A DNA stretch of 63,954 nt, filler included, from Basidiobolus ranarum (GCA_040143965.1; 3 parts of 3 records of this genome joined end to end with filler, not necessarily neighbours in it); one strand, 5' to 3'; positions 1 to 11,757 are shown, counted from the first letter of the whole stretch. Program-made: numbers and translations. The notes: a model not told the origin generated them from the letters alone.

Positions 1-1137
1 GGTAACAAGAGTCAGCTATTTGCCAAGTGTCAGTGCTATTCAAAATTTCAGATGTTTAGCAATTTTTCCACCATTAGTTTGCTGGTAAAGCATATTGATG
101 TTGTTGAGTTATGTCTGATTAGTCAAGTATGTGCATATGTAGAGACTAAACACAACAAGATTCTTGTATTTTTTGATTCTCATTATGGCTGGAATACAAA
201 GCCAAGAATATCTAAATAAAGGCATGCATATTAATTCAAATTCCTACAGCAGTAAACCCAGCAATTTGCCATTTGAAAATTAGAATTTTGTAAAAATTAT
301 GGGATATTAAATAATGGATGCCTAACATGAGGATCAATATTTTAACATGTATGAATACCATCAAGATGCCATCAGAAAGCCACCATCACACCCTAGAGAT
401 CCCTGGCAGAATGCAAGCCACTGATATTGCAATGGTTCTCTGATAGTTTTGCAATTCAGAAGGCTGGATCCAATCCAGATCAAATTGATTTTATTTTTGT
501 TAGGGTCAAAACATGCCAACTATAATATTTCAAGATAATTGAACATGCATCAAATTAGCAGGAAATTCTATGTTTGATACTAGAAGCAACCATAGAGATA
601 TTAGACATCATTTATCAGATAGACTATAGAGATTAAGTTTATTGACTAAACTTATAGTTCTACAGAAAACATAATTACTGATATTTTAACCAAACCATTG
701 GCTAGGCAGAAATTTGAGAAATTTAGAACTCCCCATGATTAGTTTATGAGAATATTTAGATGAGGGAGCATGTTGAAGTTAACATTGCCTAAAGCACCTA
801 TATTGTAATATATAGCTTAGTATTTGGTTATTGTATATTGCATTAAGATATTACCCATTTTTCTCAATTGGAATTTAGGTAGAATATTTTTTCCAACTTC
901 AAAGTTTTCAGATATATAGACTTTTCAAGCTTGTGCTAGAAGCCCCAAAATATGCACACATGATTTTAGAACTTTTCATGACACATTCCCTACATTAGTT
1001 TGTCTACATCTTGACAAAAGTATAAATGTCAACTTTCAACTCAATAAATCAATAAGTGAAACCCATCAATTTCTCTAAATTCTCCCAACCACTTTCAACA
1101 GGCTCCCAAACACCGTAACACATAATTACCTTCAACA
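1..1137 (+). mobile_element. Degenerate Ty1/copia LTR retrotransposon 3' end (RNase H relic, PPT, 3' LTR)
   Basis: 516-727 translates, with a stop and a frameshift, as PTIIFQDN*TCIKLAGNSMFDTRSNHRDIRHH ... STENIITDILTKPLARQKFEKFR, the copia RNase H C-terminal motifs (DN..AI.LA.N..H.R.KHIDIR.H; ADILTKPL). A purine tract GAGGGAG (762-768) is followed by TGTTGAAG at 771, whose inverted match CTTCAACA is at 1130-1137. No CpG before position 1114. Confidence 0.85.
1009..1121 (-). repeat. Dispersed repeat, probable LTR terminus (TGTTA...), inverted copy of 43352-43463
   Basis: tcttgacaaaagtataaatgtcaactttcaactcaataaatcaataagtgaa...caacaggctcccaaa...taacac aligns with few mismatches to the reverse complement of 43352-43463. 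Similarity stops at TGTTA/TAACA. Confidence 0.85.
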
Positions 1138-1579
1138 TTCTGTAGCATGTTAACTATTAATAGTAAAGTAGGCAGGTACACAATTAAAGGAATGTTATCA
1201 GTATACATAGAATACTGAATATAAAAGCTGTGTATAACTAAACATATGGAGATTTCTTACACATTTACCTCAACAGATATTTGGCTAGTATTGCAATTGA
1301 ATAATGATGTTGCTATATTCATGAGAAAAAGGATGGAGCTTCTCTACGTATCTAGGGATTATAATGAAATATGATTAGGTCTCTGCTGAAGAGATTGGTA
1401 ACCCTTGTATCAAAAATTACAATCGCATAGAGCTTGATCCCGAATTCTAACATTGGTACAGAGGCATTGAAAACGGGAAGCTCATTAGTACAAAAATCTA
1501 GCTGGAGTTAAGGAGGACCCAGACCAATTAGCAGACCAAAGTAACATCCTCCCTCAAATGGTTAAAAGTATAAGGAGAT

Positions 1580-2300
1580 ACCAGTTTTTAATAAGTTCAT
1601 CTGGTTTCTTATCGGCAATAGTAGCTAACAGAATATAGATAATAACTAGAAGTTAACCAATATTCAATGGATCTAATACACGCAATAAATTGAAATTATC
1701 TGCAGCTCTAGTGTCAATCTGAACACTACATTCCAAGTATAATTTTAAATCATCAGGTACAGGCTGTCAATACGTCCGAGCAAAGTTAAGCTACATATGG
1801 AGAGAGTTCTAACTTACTGAAAAGGTGTAAAGCATCTATCAAGCATCTATAAAATCCAACATACGAATGAACACCGTACAAATGGCAATATTATATACAA
1901 ACTACAGCATATTCCCATCTCTACTACTATCAGAGTTGAATGCCATCGCTGGGTTGTGCTCATCAAACCTGATTTAGACGGGCAATAAAGCCATGACCAA
2001 TTAGCACTGACATAAAATTATCCGTAGTTACGCGAATCTATAAAAAGATTGAACAATGAAAAATCATTCTATTAAGGTTTTGGCATCAGGTATCAGGCAT
2101 CAGGGCATCTATTTCTCAGGACATGGTATTATTTGGCCTATATGAAATGAATTCGTGGAGAATTCCACTCACTATTAATGATCATCGTAGTAACAGTGAG
2201 CGGATCTCTCCGAACAATCAACTGATCCTCTGTTCAAAGTGTGGTTAGGGTTAGGTAATTTGTACATTCATTAGACTTACTGAGCGAGTTGTGCTATCAG
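1580..2300 (-). pseudogene. Decayed multi-exon gene or spliced non-coding transcript, product unknown
   Basis: Canonical minus-strand introns at 2230-2280 (GTAAGT...CTAAC...CAG), 2109-2172 (GTGAGT...TAG), 1969-2031 and 1764-1817 (GTAAGT...TTAAC...CAG). Exon pieces read DQLIVRRDPLTVTTMIIN, FDEHNPAMAFNSDSSRDGNML, PVPDDLKLYLECSVQIDTRAADNFNLL and TIADKKPDELIKN, but cannot be joined without stops or frameshifts. Confidence 0.4.
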
Positions 2301-2642
2301 AAGCAAATCATGCAACTTGACATCCAATGTCAAGGTCAAGTGGTGTTATGCAGTATATAATCTAACTGGTCTGATATATATATATACACATCACAACGTA
2401 GCACACCTTTAGTAAATGCATTTCGAGGAGTAAAGTAAAGTTAATAAAATTCCCAAATACTGTTCAAAGTGGCAATATTTGCAATTTGAATTGTGTTACA
2501 GTTCCCATCATTTAGTGCTACGATTCGTGGTTAAAAATTCGGTGTTGTGTTCTAAGATTTTCAAGTTTCATTTTCTTCTTGACTAGTGTATATTATACCC
2601 TTCTATCTCTCCCCCCTCCTCTGTTTTCCTTTAGTCCCAAAT

Positions 2643-3648
2643 ATGATTCCTCGAAAGCTTAGCCCTTTAAAGGTGGTTTTGATTATAACGACGTTGATCG
2701 TCATAGCTTGGTATACCATAGGTATTACTGCCGTTAGAAACGAACAAACTGAAGAAACACCTATGACTCAAATACGAGGTCAGTCTTTTTTATATTTACT
2801 AAATACTCTTTCTAAGTTCCACAAAGTTGACCCTTCTCTTTGACATAGACCTTACAAATCCTGCAAATCCATTTGCATACACTATAGTGACGGCGGCAAG
2901 TTCAAACCATTTCTGTCCTTTGCTCGCTTTCATATATGCTCTTCACGATACCACAAAGGCTATACCTAGCCCACACAAGCCTAGAGTAATTGTGTATGAT
3001 TTGGGTTTGAATAGACTTGAACGGGAAAAACTTGATAGTGTAGTTGGTCGAGGATTTGCACAAGAAGTAGTTACCTTCGACTATGCACAATATCCAAAGT
3101 TTTGGAACATTCATATTAAGCGAGGTGAGTACGCCTGGAAAACTGGGATAGTAAATGAAGTAGCGGAAAGGTATGGTGGTGTTGTATTATGGATGGACTC
3201 TGGGAACCGAGTCACTCCTCAATACCTTTCACAAGTAGTGGAGCATGTTCAGGAGAACGGTTTTTACTCTCCTACCAGTCAAGGACAGATGAAGGACTTC
3301 ACTCATCCTGGTTTGTTCGCTTATTTCTCGGACTCTGTTAAACGTTATGGTACGCTCAAGAACTGTAATGGTGCATTTATTGGCTTTGATTCTCATAACC
3401 ATACGGTGATGAGTAAACTTGTGAAACCTTTCCTCGACTGTGGCTTGAAACAACAGTGTATTGCTCCTAGGGGGTCCAGTAGAGCCAACCACCGTCAGGA
3501 TCAGTCGGTGTTTACATATCTAGTGGTTTCTAATGGGTGGCGCTGTCAAATGGACCCCATTCCTGGTATGAAAATTCACCAGGATCAACTTTGTCAGATA
3601 GAGATTGAACGACGTGAAAACCCTGACATGTTGGAATATGTGGACTGA
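2643..3648 (+). CDS. DUF1647-like type II membrane protein, glycosyltransferase-like (2 exons: 2643-2778, 2849-3648)
   Basis: N-terminal TM helix (VVLIITTLIVIAWY) is spliced in frame to the 2827-3648 ORF. Motifs VTAASSNHF, VIVYDLGL, YAWK, LWMDS, CIAP.GS and NHRQDQS are typical of DUF1647 proteins. Confidence 0.75.
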
Positions 3649-4197
3649 TTGTTGCTTCATACATTCAGTATTGCCGGTCAATCATCCAGTCTAGCATACA
3701 AACATGAGCACCTCTACGAGCACTTGGGGTTTAGGGCCCATTACACTATACAATAGATGTCATGGCGTTTCACAACTAACCCTGGTGTGTATCCACCATT
3801 GTACTATAATTTATTAAAGAACTAATCGACTCATGTTCCCCCCAATCAACGGTGATATACCATGTAATAAACACCATGTTCCCTTCTTGTTCCGAGTCTG
3901 TGTTGCTTGTGTGTTTCTTTCATTCACGGTTTATTATGATTACCAAGAGATACACGTCATTGAAGCCCATTGGGTAATCCAGCTTATGGTACAAGTCAGG
4001 CCAAGAATACACTGATTTAGTCCTATTGACCCCCAAGTAGAATCCGATCTTGGGTGATAGAGATAATGAAATACTCGAAGACCCTGGAAGGAAATTTACC
4101 AGGTGACTTTCGACGACCAGGATGATTCTTTTTATTTCAATGATTCTTATCCTTTGAGGTTTAGTATTTCCCTACTCTTAGTCCCCTTATTGCAATC

Positions 4198-4833
4198 ATG
4201 GAGAAGTTCAAGGAGGTAAATATTTGTTTCATCTGACCATTCTCTTACTCATACTGTCTATTTAACTTTACCTTATTTCCTTCCTTAGAAACTTAACGCT
4301 CTTCGTGCTGAAGTTGACCTCGCTAATGCTCGTGCTGATGAAGCCGAATCTTCTCTTAAGAAGTTGAACGATAGTCAAAACGATCGGGATCAAGAGATCA
4401 TCGGTCTTCAGAACAAGATTCAACTTCTTGAAGAAGAACTCGAGAAGGCTGAAGGGAAACTTCAAGATGCTAAGGTTTTGAAGGAAGAAGATGAGCAAAA
4501 TCGTAATTATGGTGAAAATTTGTTGAAGAAGATCAACTTGCTTGAAGTTCAGTTGGAGACTACCGAGAATAACTTGAGAGAAACCACTGAAAAGTAAGTA
4601 AATTTATTCAGAAGGAAAAACTCCTCTGCCATCTTTTTTACCCAGTTATATTAATGTTCTGTTTTTACAGACTTCGTCAAGTTGATTTAAAGGCTGAACA
4701 GGCTGAACGTCGTGTTCAACAACTCGAGACTGAAAAGGTCGAGATGGAAGGCAAACTTGAATCTTTGGAAGAACAATACCGCAATGTTAAGGCTGAGCTT
4801 GATGAAACTTTGAAATCTCTTGAAGAGTTGTAA
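4198..4833 (+). CDS. TPM1: Tropomyosin (fungal Cdc8/Tpm type), 3 exons
   Basis: MEKFKE|KLNALRAEVDLANARADEAE...LRETTEK|LRQVDLKAEQAERRVQQLE...ELDETLKSLEEL*; continuous heptads, about 160 aa. Confidence 0.93.
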
Positions 4834-5486
4834 AATTCAATAAACCCCCTCACCATTCCCCTTCCCAGTTGTCTTTTTAATCCTTCTCTATTTCAACTCT
4901 TCTCGTAGCTCATTGAAGCTTTTCCCTCAAAAACATCATTGTCTCTTTTCCATATGTCTTGTTACATCGCATTAAAACTAGATTTTTTTAAATCTTACGT
5001 AATTCTGGTTATTGTTGATTAATGATCCAATGTTACCCTAGTACTAATGTCATGGTAAACCCCTGCTATTATCCTTCCTCATCTGGCCTTAGCTAAAGAA
5101 ATTTAACTACGTAAGGTCATCTAAAATAGTGTAGAGTGGAGCCATTTTTGAAATTGATTCTAGTCTACCCTTTTCTGGCGGACCAAGGCGCATTTTGTTT
5201 CAATTAATAGCATCTAGGAAGAGTAGAGGACAAATATATATTAGTGAGAGTAGGAATTGTTGAAATACTCCGTTTAGGACATTCATGTGATTGTCGGTGG
5301 GGATGTTTGACTGTTCTTCGAACCAATTGATTCAGTGTTTGGTATTATTAGTTACAGTCACGAGCTCGAGCACGGGCTGGATAGATGTTTACAATCGAAT
5401 GGAACTCTTTCTGTGGTTTAGGATCCAGTTGTCTTCCATGTCATCGCGGTGTTCTACACAACTGACTTTGCTTGGACCTTCCATGG

Positions 5487-5534
5487 TCTGGCTCTAGGTT
5501 GAATGCTTAATCTGGCTCTAGGTTGAATGCTTAA
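5487..5534. repeat. Perfect 24-bp tandem duplication
   Basis: tctggctctaggttgaatgcttaa x2 (5487-5510, 5511-5534). Confidence 0.95.
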
Positions 5535-5685
5535 TATAGTATTTATTATAATAGTTGATATCGGAGTAGGGCGGCATTTCATTGGGCATCGAGTTCCATT
5601 AGTATTCATTCATATTCCCTATTCCCTTCTATTAGATGGTTTAGGTCTGGAACCAAGTTTAAACCACTTGCATGCATGGTTATAA

Positions 5686-6681
5686 ATGCTCTACACATCA
5701 CCCACTGCTTTCAAGTATTTCCCACCTACACTATTCTTCACGATGTCAAGCCATCATGGTCTATTTGATTCATCTTTCACCAAGAACACATATACATGTC
5801 ACCTACATACCGCCCCCATGCTCTACTATACAATTCGAGCATTTATTCTGTTTTTCATTGGGTTCTGTTTCGCACTTATCAATGACCAACTCGATGTAGA
5901 GCATGACATTACCCAATATCCTGACCCTGTAACACGTTTGATGGTCTCTTCATGGACATCGGTTCTTTCCGGTTTCTTGGCCGTGGTATTAGGGACTGTT
6001 TATTCCTGGTCAGATATCTATTATTCAGATAAGCCACACGTATCTTACGAAGATCGATCGAATATCATTCGGTGAGTTTACTTTACCAGCTCTACCTTCA
6101 CTTCCACCCATCCATTAACCACTTTACCAGATTACTAGGCGGCTTTCTTGGAGTACACTTGGCTTCTTCCGTAAGTAATCTCCGGAATATTTTAGTGCTC
6201 TTCCTCAACCTTAACTGACATACTTTCAACTCTAGAAACTCACCCTTTCTAATAATACGGAATTAATTGGATTCTTCAGTTTAATCGGAATTGGATTTTG
6301 GATTTTCTTTGATTGTACTATTCATGGTTTCATGATAGCCCTTATTTCCACTATATTAGGGATTTTATGTGTACATACACAAATCAGCTACGGTATATAT
6401 CAGTAAGTTTTCAATGATTTTACTTTAGATTTTCTTGGTTCATAAAGATACTAACATTCTATTTCTTTATTAGTTTTACCCAACCCAATTTCTTTGGTAT
6501 TCGTGTGGCTACTCCGGTATGTACTTCATCATTCATCCATTTCTAGCCTTATCCATAACTAATTCTCTCTTTCTAGTGTTTAATTTATACATATTGTATA
6601 TGCTTTGGTACTTTAGGTAGACAGATGGCTATCATTCCAAAGCATTGGTATTTATCTTTCTCCAGTTCTGTTCATTCTTAA
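5686..6681 (+). CDS. INSIG: INSIG family ER membrane protein (sterol regulation), 5 exons; start codon uncertain
   Basis: Spliced product has RAFILFFIG, IR|LLGGFLGVHLASS|KL, GFWIFFD, FTQPNFFGIR and FGTLGRQM, matching INSIG motifs (RC.AVFVGINHASAKL, WW.FD, PDF..IR, GNIGRQL). Confidence 0.85.
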
Positions 6682-7008
6682 TTTCGCTACATACCTACTT
6701 CTTGTACATTATTACTTCCTATTATATATATATATATACATACATCGACATATAAAATACTCATCTAAGTTTATGGAAAAGAGAGGTGTGATAAAAGCTT
6801 ATATCTATTTTACTTGAAATTTAGAATCCATCTTCACCCTGACATGGTTATTTTTTCTTTATACATTCGACTGGCTATAATAAGTATTAGTCAAAGTCAC
6901 TTGAGAATATTCTCTATACATGGAAAGAGAGGGAGACAGACAGAGAGAGGGAGAGAGTGAGTAATGTTAAAGATATCCCACTAAGAACACTAGATTATTT
7001 TCTCCAAT

Positions 7009-8178
7009 TTAGAATTGATGAATCTCTTGACTTTCGCGACCACGAAGGAATTTGGGTTCAGTTCCCTTGATATAAATGTCACTCCAAAGGTCTTCAACAG
7101 GGGGTTCAGGGGATCCCTTGGCTGCGGCAGTCTCTTCATCAACTTCCTTACGTGCAACCTTTTCAATCTCTTTAAGTTCCTCTTCAGTGGCAACTCCGGT
7201 ATCAATAAGCTTGCTCTTTAAACCGGTGATAGGATCTCTGGTACTACGCATACGTTGAATCTCTTCACGAGTACGATAAGTGGTACCAGGATCTGACATA
7301 GAGTGACCACCATAACGATAGGTATGCATTTCAAGAACGAGTGGTCCCTTACCGGAAGTGGTCCAATCACGGGCATACTTACAAGCCTGATAAACGGCAA
7401 ATACATCCATACCGTTTACTTTGATACCGGGGATGTAATCACCACGCTTGAAATAATCTGTACTAGCACTGGATCTTTTAGCAGAGGTACCCATACCATA
7501 CAAGTTATTCTCACAAACGAACACCGCGGGTAAATCCCAAAGTTTCGCCATGTTGAATGCTTCAAATACTTGTCCTTGATTGGCGGCACCATCACCGTAA
7601 AGGGAGAAAGAGCAAGAATCTTCCTCGTTGTATTTGGAGGTGAAAGCAAGTCCAGCTCCTAGAGGAACTTGGGCACCCACAATACCGTTGCCACCATAGA
7701 AACGGTCAGCAAACATGTGCATAGAACCACCCTTACCCAAAGAAATACCGTCCTTACGACCCATTAATTCAGCAATAATACTCTTAATGGAACCGCCACG
7801 GATCCAGGTGAAACCGTGACAACGATATGAGGTAATGATGTGGTCCTTCTTAGAAGCAGCTTTTTCCATACCAACAGAAACTGCCTCTTGACCAATACAC
7901 AAATGGCAAAAACCACGAATCATCTTACTTTTGTAAAGAGCGTCGGCAGCCATTTCCAAACGACGCATAACGTTCATTTGACGGTACATTTCCAAAAGTT
8001 CCTCTTTGGAGAAAGAGACTTCATTTTGGGGGGCTTCACAGTTGAAGGTTACAAAATCCTCTTCTTCAAGTTTGAAACTATGTTGTTGGAAGATAGGGGT
8101 ACCAGTGCTGAAAGAACGAGCAGCAACTGAGGTAAATGCCCTGGAAGCAATAGGGAGACGTGTAATTGAACGAAGCAT
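7009..8178 (-). CDS. PDA1: Pyruvate dehydrogenase E1 alpha subunit, mitochondrial (intronless)
   Basis: IRGFCHL, YGDGAANQGQ TPP-binding motif, YRYGGHSMSDPG phosphorylation loop, Arg/Ser-rich presequence. Confidence 0.98.
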   Translation of the reverse strand: MLRSITRLPIASRAFTSVAARSFSTGTPIFQQHSFKLEEEDFVTFNCEAPQNEVSFSKEELLEMYRQMNVMRRLEMAADALYKSKMIRGFCHLCIGQEAVSVGMEKAASKKDHIITSYRCHGFTWIRGGSIKSIIAELMGRKDGISLGKGGSMHMFADRFYGGNGIVGAQVPLGAGLAFTSKYNEEDSCSFSLYGDGAANQGQVFEAFNMAKLWDLPAVFVCENNLYGMGTSAKRSSASTDYFKRGDYIPGIKVNGMDVFAVYQACKYARDWTTSGKGPLVLEMHTYRYGGHSMSDPGTTYRTREEIQRMRSTRDPITGLKSKLIDTGVATEEELKEIEKVARKEVDEETAAAKGSPEPPVEDLWSDIYIKGTEPKFLRGRESQEIHQF

Positions 8179-9214
8179 TATGTCAAAGAAAGGTAAAGGA
8201 TGACGAACGGAGCTCTGCTATTCAAATTCAACAAATAGCACAGGGTATCACAGGGGTTTGTCCATTCAAATACTTGAAAATTTTACCCTGACAGATAGAT
8301 TCAGCGTCTATGATTTGCATATTCAACTTTTATATATAGAAATCAAAATTAGCTTCCATCATAAAATCGCCTGGGTGAGTTTTGAGCATACCTACGAATC
8401 TTACATAGTGCGTGACAATATGCTGAACTCTACCTTCTGAACGTTCCATTGGGTTCTTTCATTCTGAGCGAGATAATCAAGCGTACGGGAGTTTAGGCTA
8501 GAGTAACAACTGTTTCTAATCATATGTTGAGGTTTGAGTCAGTGGAGTGGTGAATCAAATCCTTTTACTCAGCCTCTCTCGAGGGACCCTTCATTGTGGG
8601 GAATCCCCACTCTTGTGTATCCTTTGTACAATTCGGGGAGTTTCCGCCACCTTTGCCACTTTGGTCATTTCCGACTCTTATCTGCGAGGCTTGGGGCAAT
8701 TTCCTTAGCAAACGAAAATGCCTTATCCGACTTATATTCGGCCTTTTCTCAACGCCGAAATGATTTTTCGACAGCGATCTCACTCATCAAAATATTGACG
8801 AAAATTGGATAATGCGAATCAAGATTGTGATGCGCTGTATCTATTTAGCCGGTTAACTAGTTTGAGATCCGTTTTTAGTGGTAGTGGTAGGTTAGTGCTG
8901 AGAATACTTATTGAAGGTAATTTGAATCGTTCTGCTTATGTGATGTGTGATGTAACCTTAAATTCTACAAAAGAGAAATGATGTCTCAATTTCGCTCCGA
9001 TCGAATTGGTATCCATTCAAAGCAGACATTCTAGTAATTCGTTCGGAGATGCATCATAAATGATGAGTATCTATATAATATCGTAATAGGTGATTTCCTT
9101 TTATCCGTTTTAAACCATCGACTTTCCTATATTATCTGTATATTTGCGCCATAGCGCCTTCCCTGAATCAAATTGTCTTGACATTGTTGTGCTGTTAGCT
9201 TAATCTTCGAGAAT

Positions 9215-11343
9215 ATGGAAGAAGATACCTCTCCACACACACATAGAATTTCTGAATATATACGAAGAGGAGATACATTTCGTAGATCTCGAATTATATT
9301 ACTTGTCGGTTGGCTTACTCCAATATCATTCCTCTTGAGTTTGGCTCCGTTTATTGGGTCCTTTCACTTGGACCGTGAGGATAATTTGGTAACAAAACCT
9401 ACCGGTGCATACCCTTCTATACTGCCTATAAATCTCGAACCAAAAACTTATTAAGCTTATTCAGAGATTACACTTGTCCTTGGAGTAGCTTTTGTATTTC
9501 ACTTAACCGCATATTTCGCCATGTTGTGTCGTTTACTGGAACGCTGGTTACTACATTCTACTAGAGTTGCTTGTTTTTGCATGTTTATTGACGGTATGGC
9601 TCCACCTGATTCCTTATTATCTTGGAATTATCCGAAAGTTTCCTGTTTGAAAGTATCTAACTTGGATTCTCTTATAAATAGGGATATTACACCTGGTCGC
9701 GACTGTTACAATCTCAGTAGTCAGTAAATTTCAAGCCATCAAACATAGCTCCGACTTCGTTGCCACTATCATTGAAGGCTGCCTTGCTTTGGTGGTGGCT
9801 GGACTATTTGCTTTTGACATGAAGCGTACCGAAGATTATGGCAAGTGTGGTGAGCAGATATTCATGAGTCTTAGAAGATACAATTTGATTCGCCCTTTAC
9901 TGAAGAAGAATATCCGTTTATAGGGTCAGGTCTAAGTCATCGTGCACGTATCTTGATTATTGTTATCATGGTAGCTGCCTGTTGGGCTGGTTTGGGGTCA
10001 ATTGTCTACAGTTTGATAGAAGGTTGGCCTTATACGAGCGCGCTCTTCTTTTGCTTGGGTGGGTATATTACTGTTGGTTGGATATTGGGCATTCATCTTA
10101 GTATCAACTAACCGGATTTGGATAGAAACGTTGGCCACCATCGGATTCGGGTCCCATGTACCTCAGAGCTTAGGCGGAAGAATCTTTATCTTCTTTTATG
10201 CCACACTGGGTATCATGGTGATGGGATTTATGTTTGCCGGTATCAAAGTCTCTGTGTCCGAAATGATTCACTACAAATCATTAATGAAATTCGCGAAAAG
10301 TTTGGAAAAAGGAAGAGATGAATTAATACTAACACCAAGTTTGAATATGAACACCGCAGTCACGGTATTATCTTTAAAAAGATATCGAACTTGGGATGAT
10401 CTCGGTAAGAAATTGATCGAAGAAAAAGAAAATGAAATGAAGAAGCAATTGTTTTTCGCTTCTTGTTCAGCTATTTTGTTCTGGTATGTATGTCTGAATT
10501 CTATTCAAATATCAGCATTACTTATTGCTCATGCTTTAGGGTCTTGGGAGCAGCTATTTTCTGTATAACTGAGCATTGGAGCTATATTAAGGCACTTTAT
10601 TTCTGTTTCGTGGCTTTCACTACCATAGGTTTGTTTTATGCTTTGATAGAAGAAATGCATTGGGAATGCAATATTCAGATCGTTTACTAGGTTATGGAGA
10701 TGTCATACCCATGAGTCCGGTGGGTGCGCCTATATTCATTGTGTATGTATTTCTGGGAGTTGGTACCATGACTTATCTAGTCTCGATTGTAATCGAAAAC
10801 TGGTCACAACATATCGGCAGAGTTGAGCTTCGTGCAGCCAAAAAGAGGAAGAAATTTAGGCGTGGAATGCCTATCGTTCGTATTGCAGCAGAGCCGGCGG
10901 ATGAAACCCATGAAGACCCTGAGAGTTCCATGGAGTCAGCTGTGAAGGAGCTCGTTCGTGTTGCAAAACTCTTTGATGAGCATATGAAACTAGGTCTGGA
11001 GCCATTGTTGACCCAAGAAAATACACGTTTGGAACCAATTTTGGAGTTACCAAGAACTAGAACCATTGGGTGGGACTTACCTCCTCAAGATCATTCAGAA
11101 GTCTCTACCCCGCGGTTGAATATTAGTCCCAAGTTGGATATATTTTTAATGGACAGTTATGAACAAACGTTGACTGGATTAATTGAGCTTAGTAACGTTG
11201 TGGATACTCTACCTGCTACCAATGTAGTGCCAGTAACCGGAGATGATTATGACTCTGATAAAACTATGCTATATTCCCAAAAAGAACCGAAAAAATCAGC
11301 ATCCTCGTCAGATAGTAACTCTCTTCATGTGAATTTCGCGTAG
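9215..11343 (+). CDS. TOK1: TOK-type two-pore-domain potassium channel (multi-exon)
   Basis: Several N-terminal TM segments, then pore loop 1 FCL|ETLATIGFG and pore loop 2 ALYFCFVAFTTIG|YGDVIP, each flanked by TM helices; introns restore the frame. Confidence 0.85.
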
Positions 11344-11757
11344 TTTTACTAGCGGGATATTCTTCATTTCTATCGCTCCGAATCCTTACTTCTCAACAAA
11401 ACGCCACATATCTTCATTTTATACATTTGTACAGTCTGATTAGATCATCCTCATCCAACCCCTCTATATGCTAAATGCTACATAACATAGAAATAGCATG
11501 TGTCAGCATATATGTATTACTATTAAATTTCATTTTGTGCGTTCCCTCCATAATGCATGTCAGATAATTATCCAAAATAGATGGTTTTCATAGCAGAATT
11601 GTATATTTCCCACCATGTCACAGAAATCGATCGATTTTTTGAATGTGTGACATCAACCAACATGGGATCCAATTCATGACTGATGATGAAGGCGTTATAC
11701 TACTTTTTTAAAGAGGATAAATTTATAAAATGACGGGTTATTGTGGTGTTCACTATC

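Noticed and set aside
2177-2225. Possible C/D snoRNA on the plus strand (ATGATC...CTGA)
   Set aside because: Box C is imperfect, the span is too short, the rRNA match is only 8 nt, and the region is better explained as a minus-strand exon.
2244-2254. GTTAGGGTTAG, whose reverse complement CTAACCCTAAC equals a telomerase template
   Set aside because: It lies inside a clean 51-nt minus-strand intron (2230-2280), where CTAAC is the branch point; no convincing pseudoknot follows.
5040-5484. Intron-like segments and short frames on the minus strand upstream of INSIG
   Set aside because: I could not build a consistent ATG-to-stop model, and the peptides are unrecognisable.
7015-8203. Antisense and alternate-frame ORFs over PDA1 (similarly over ERB1, RRP6, RPS31, HMMR, ATR)
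   Set aside because: Shadow ORFs caused by codon bias of the real genes; no motifs.
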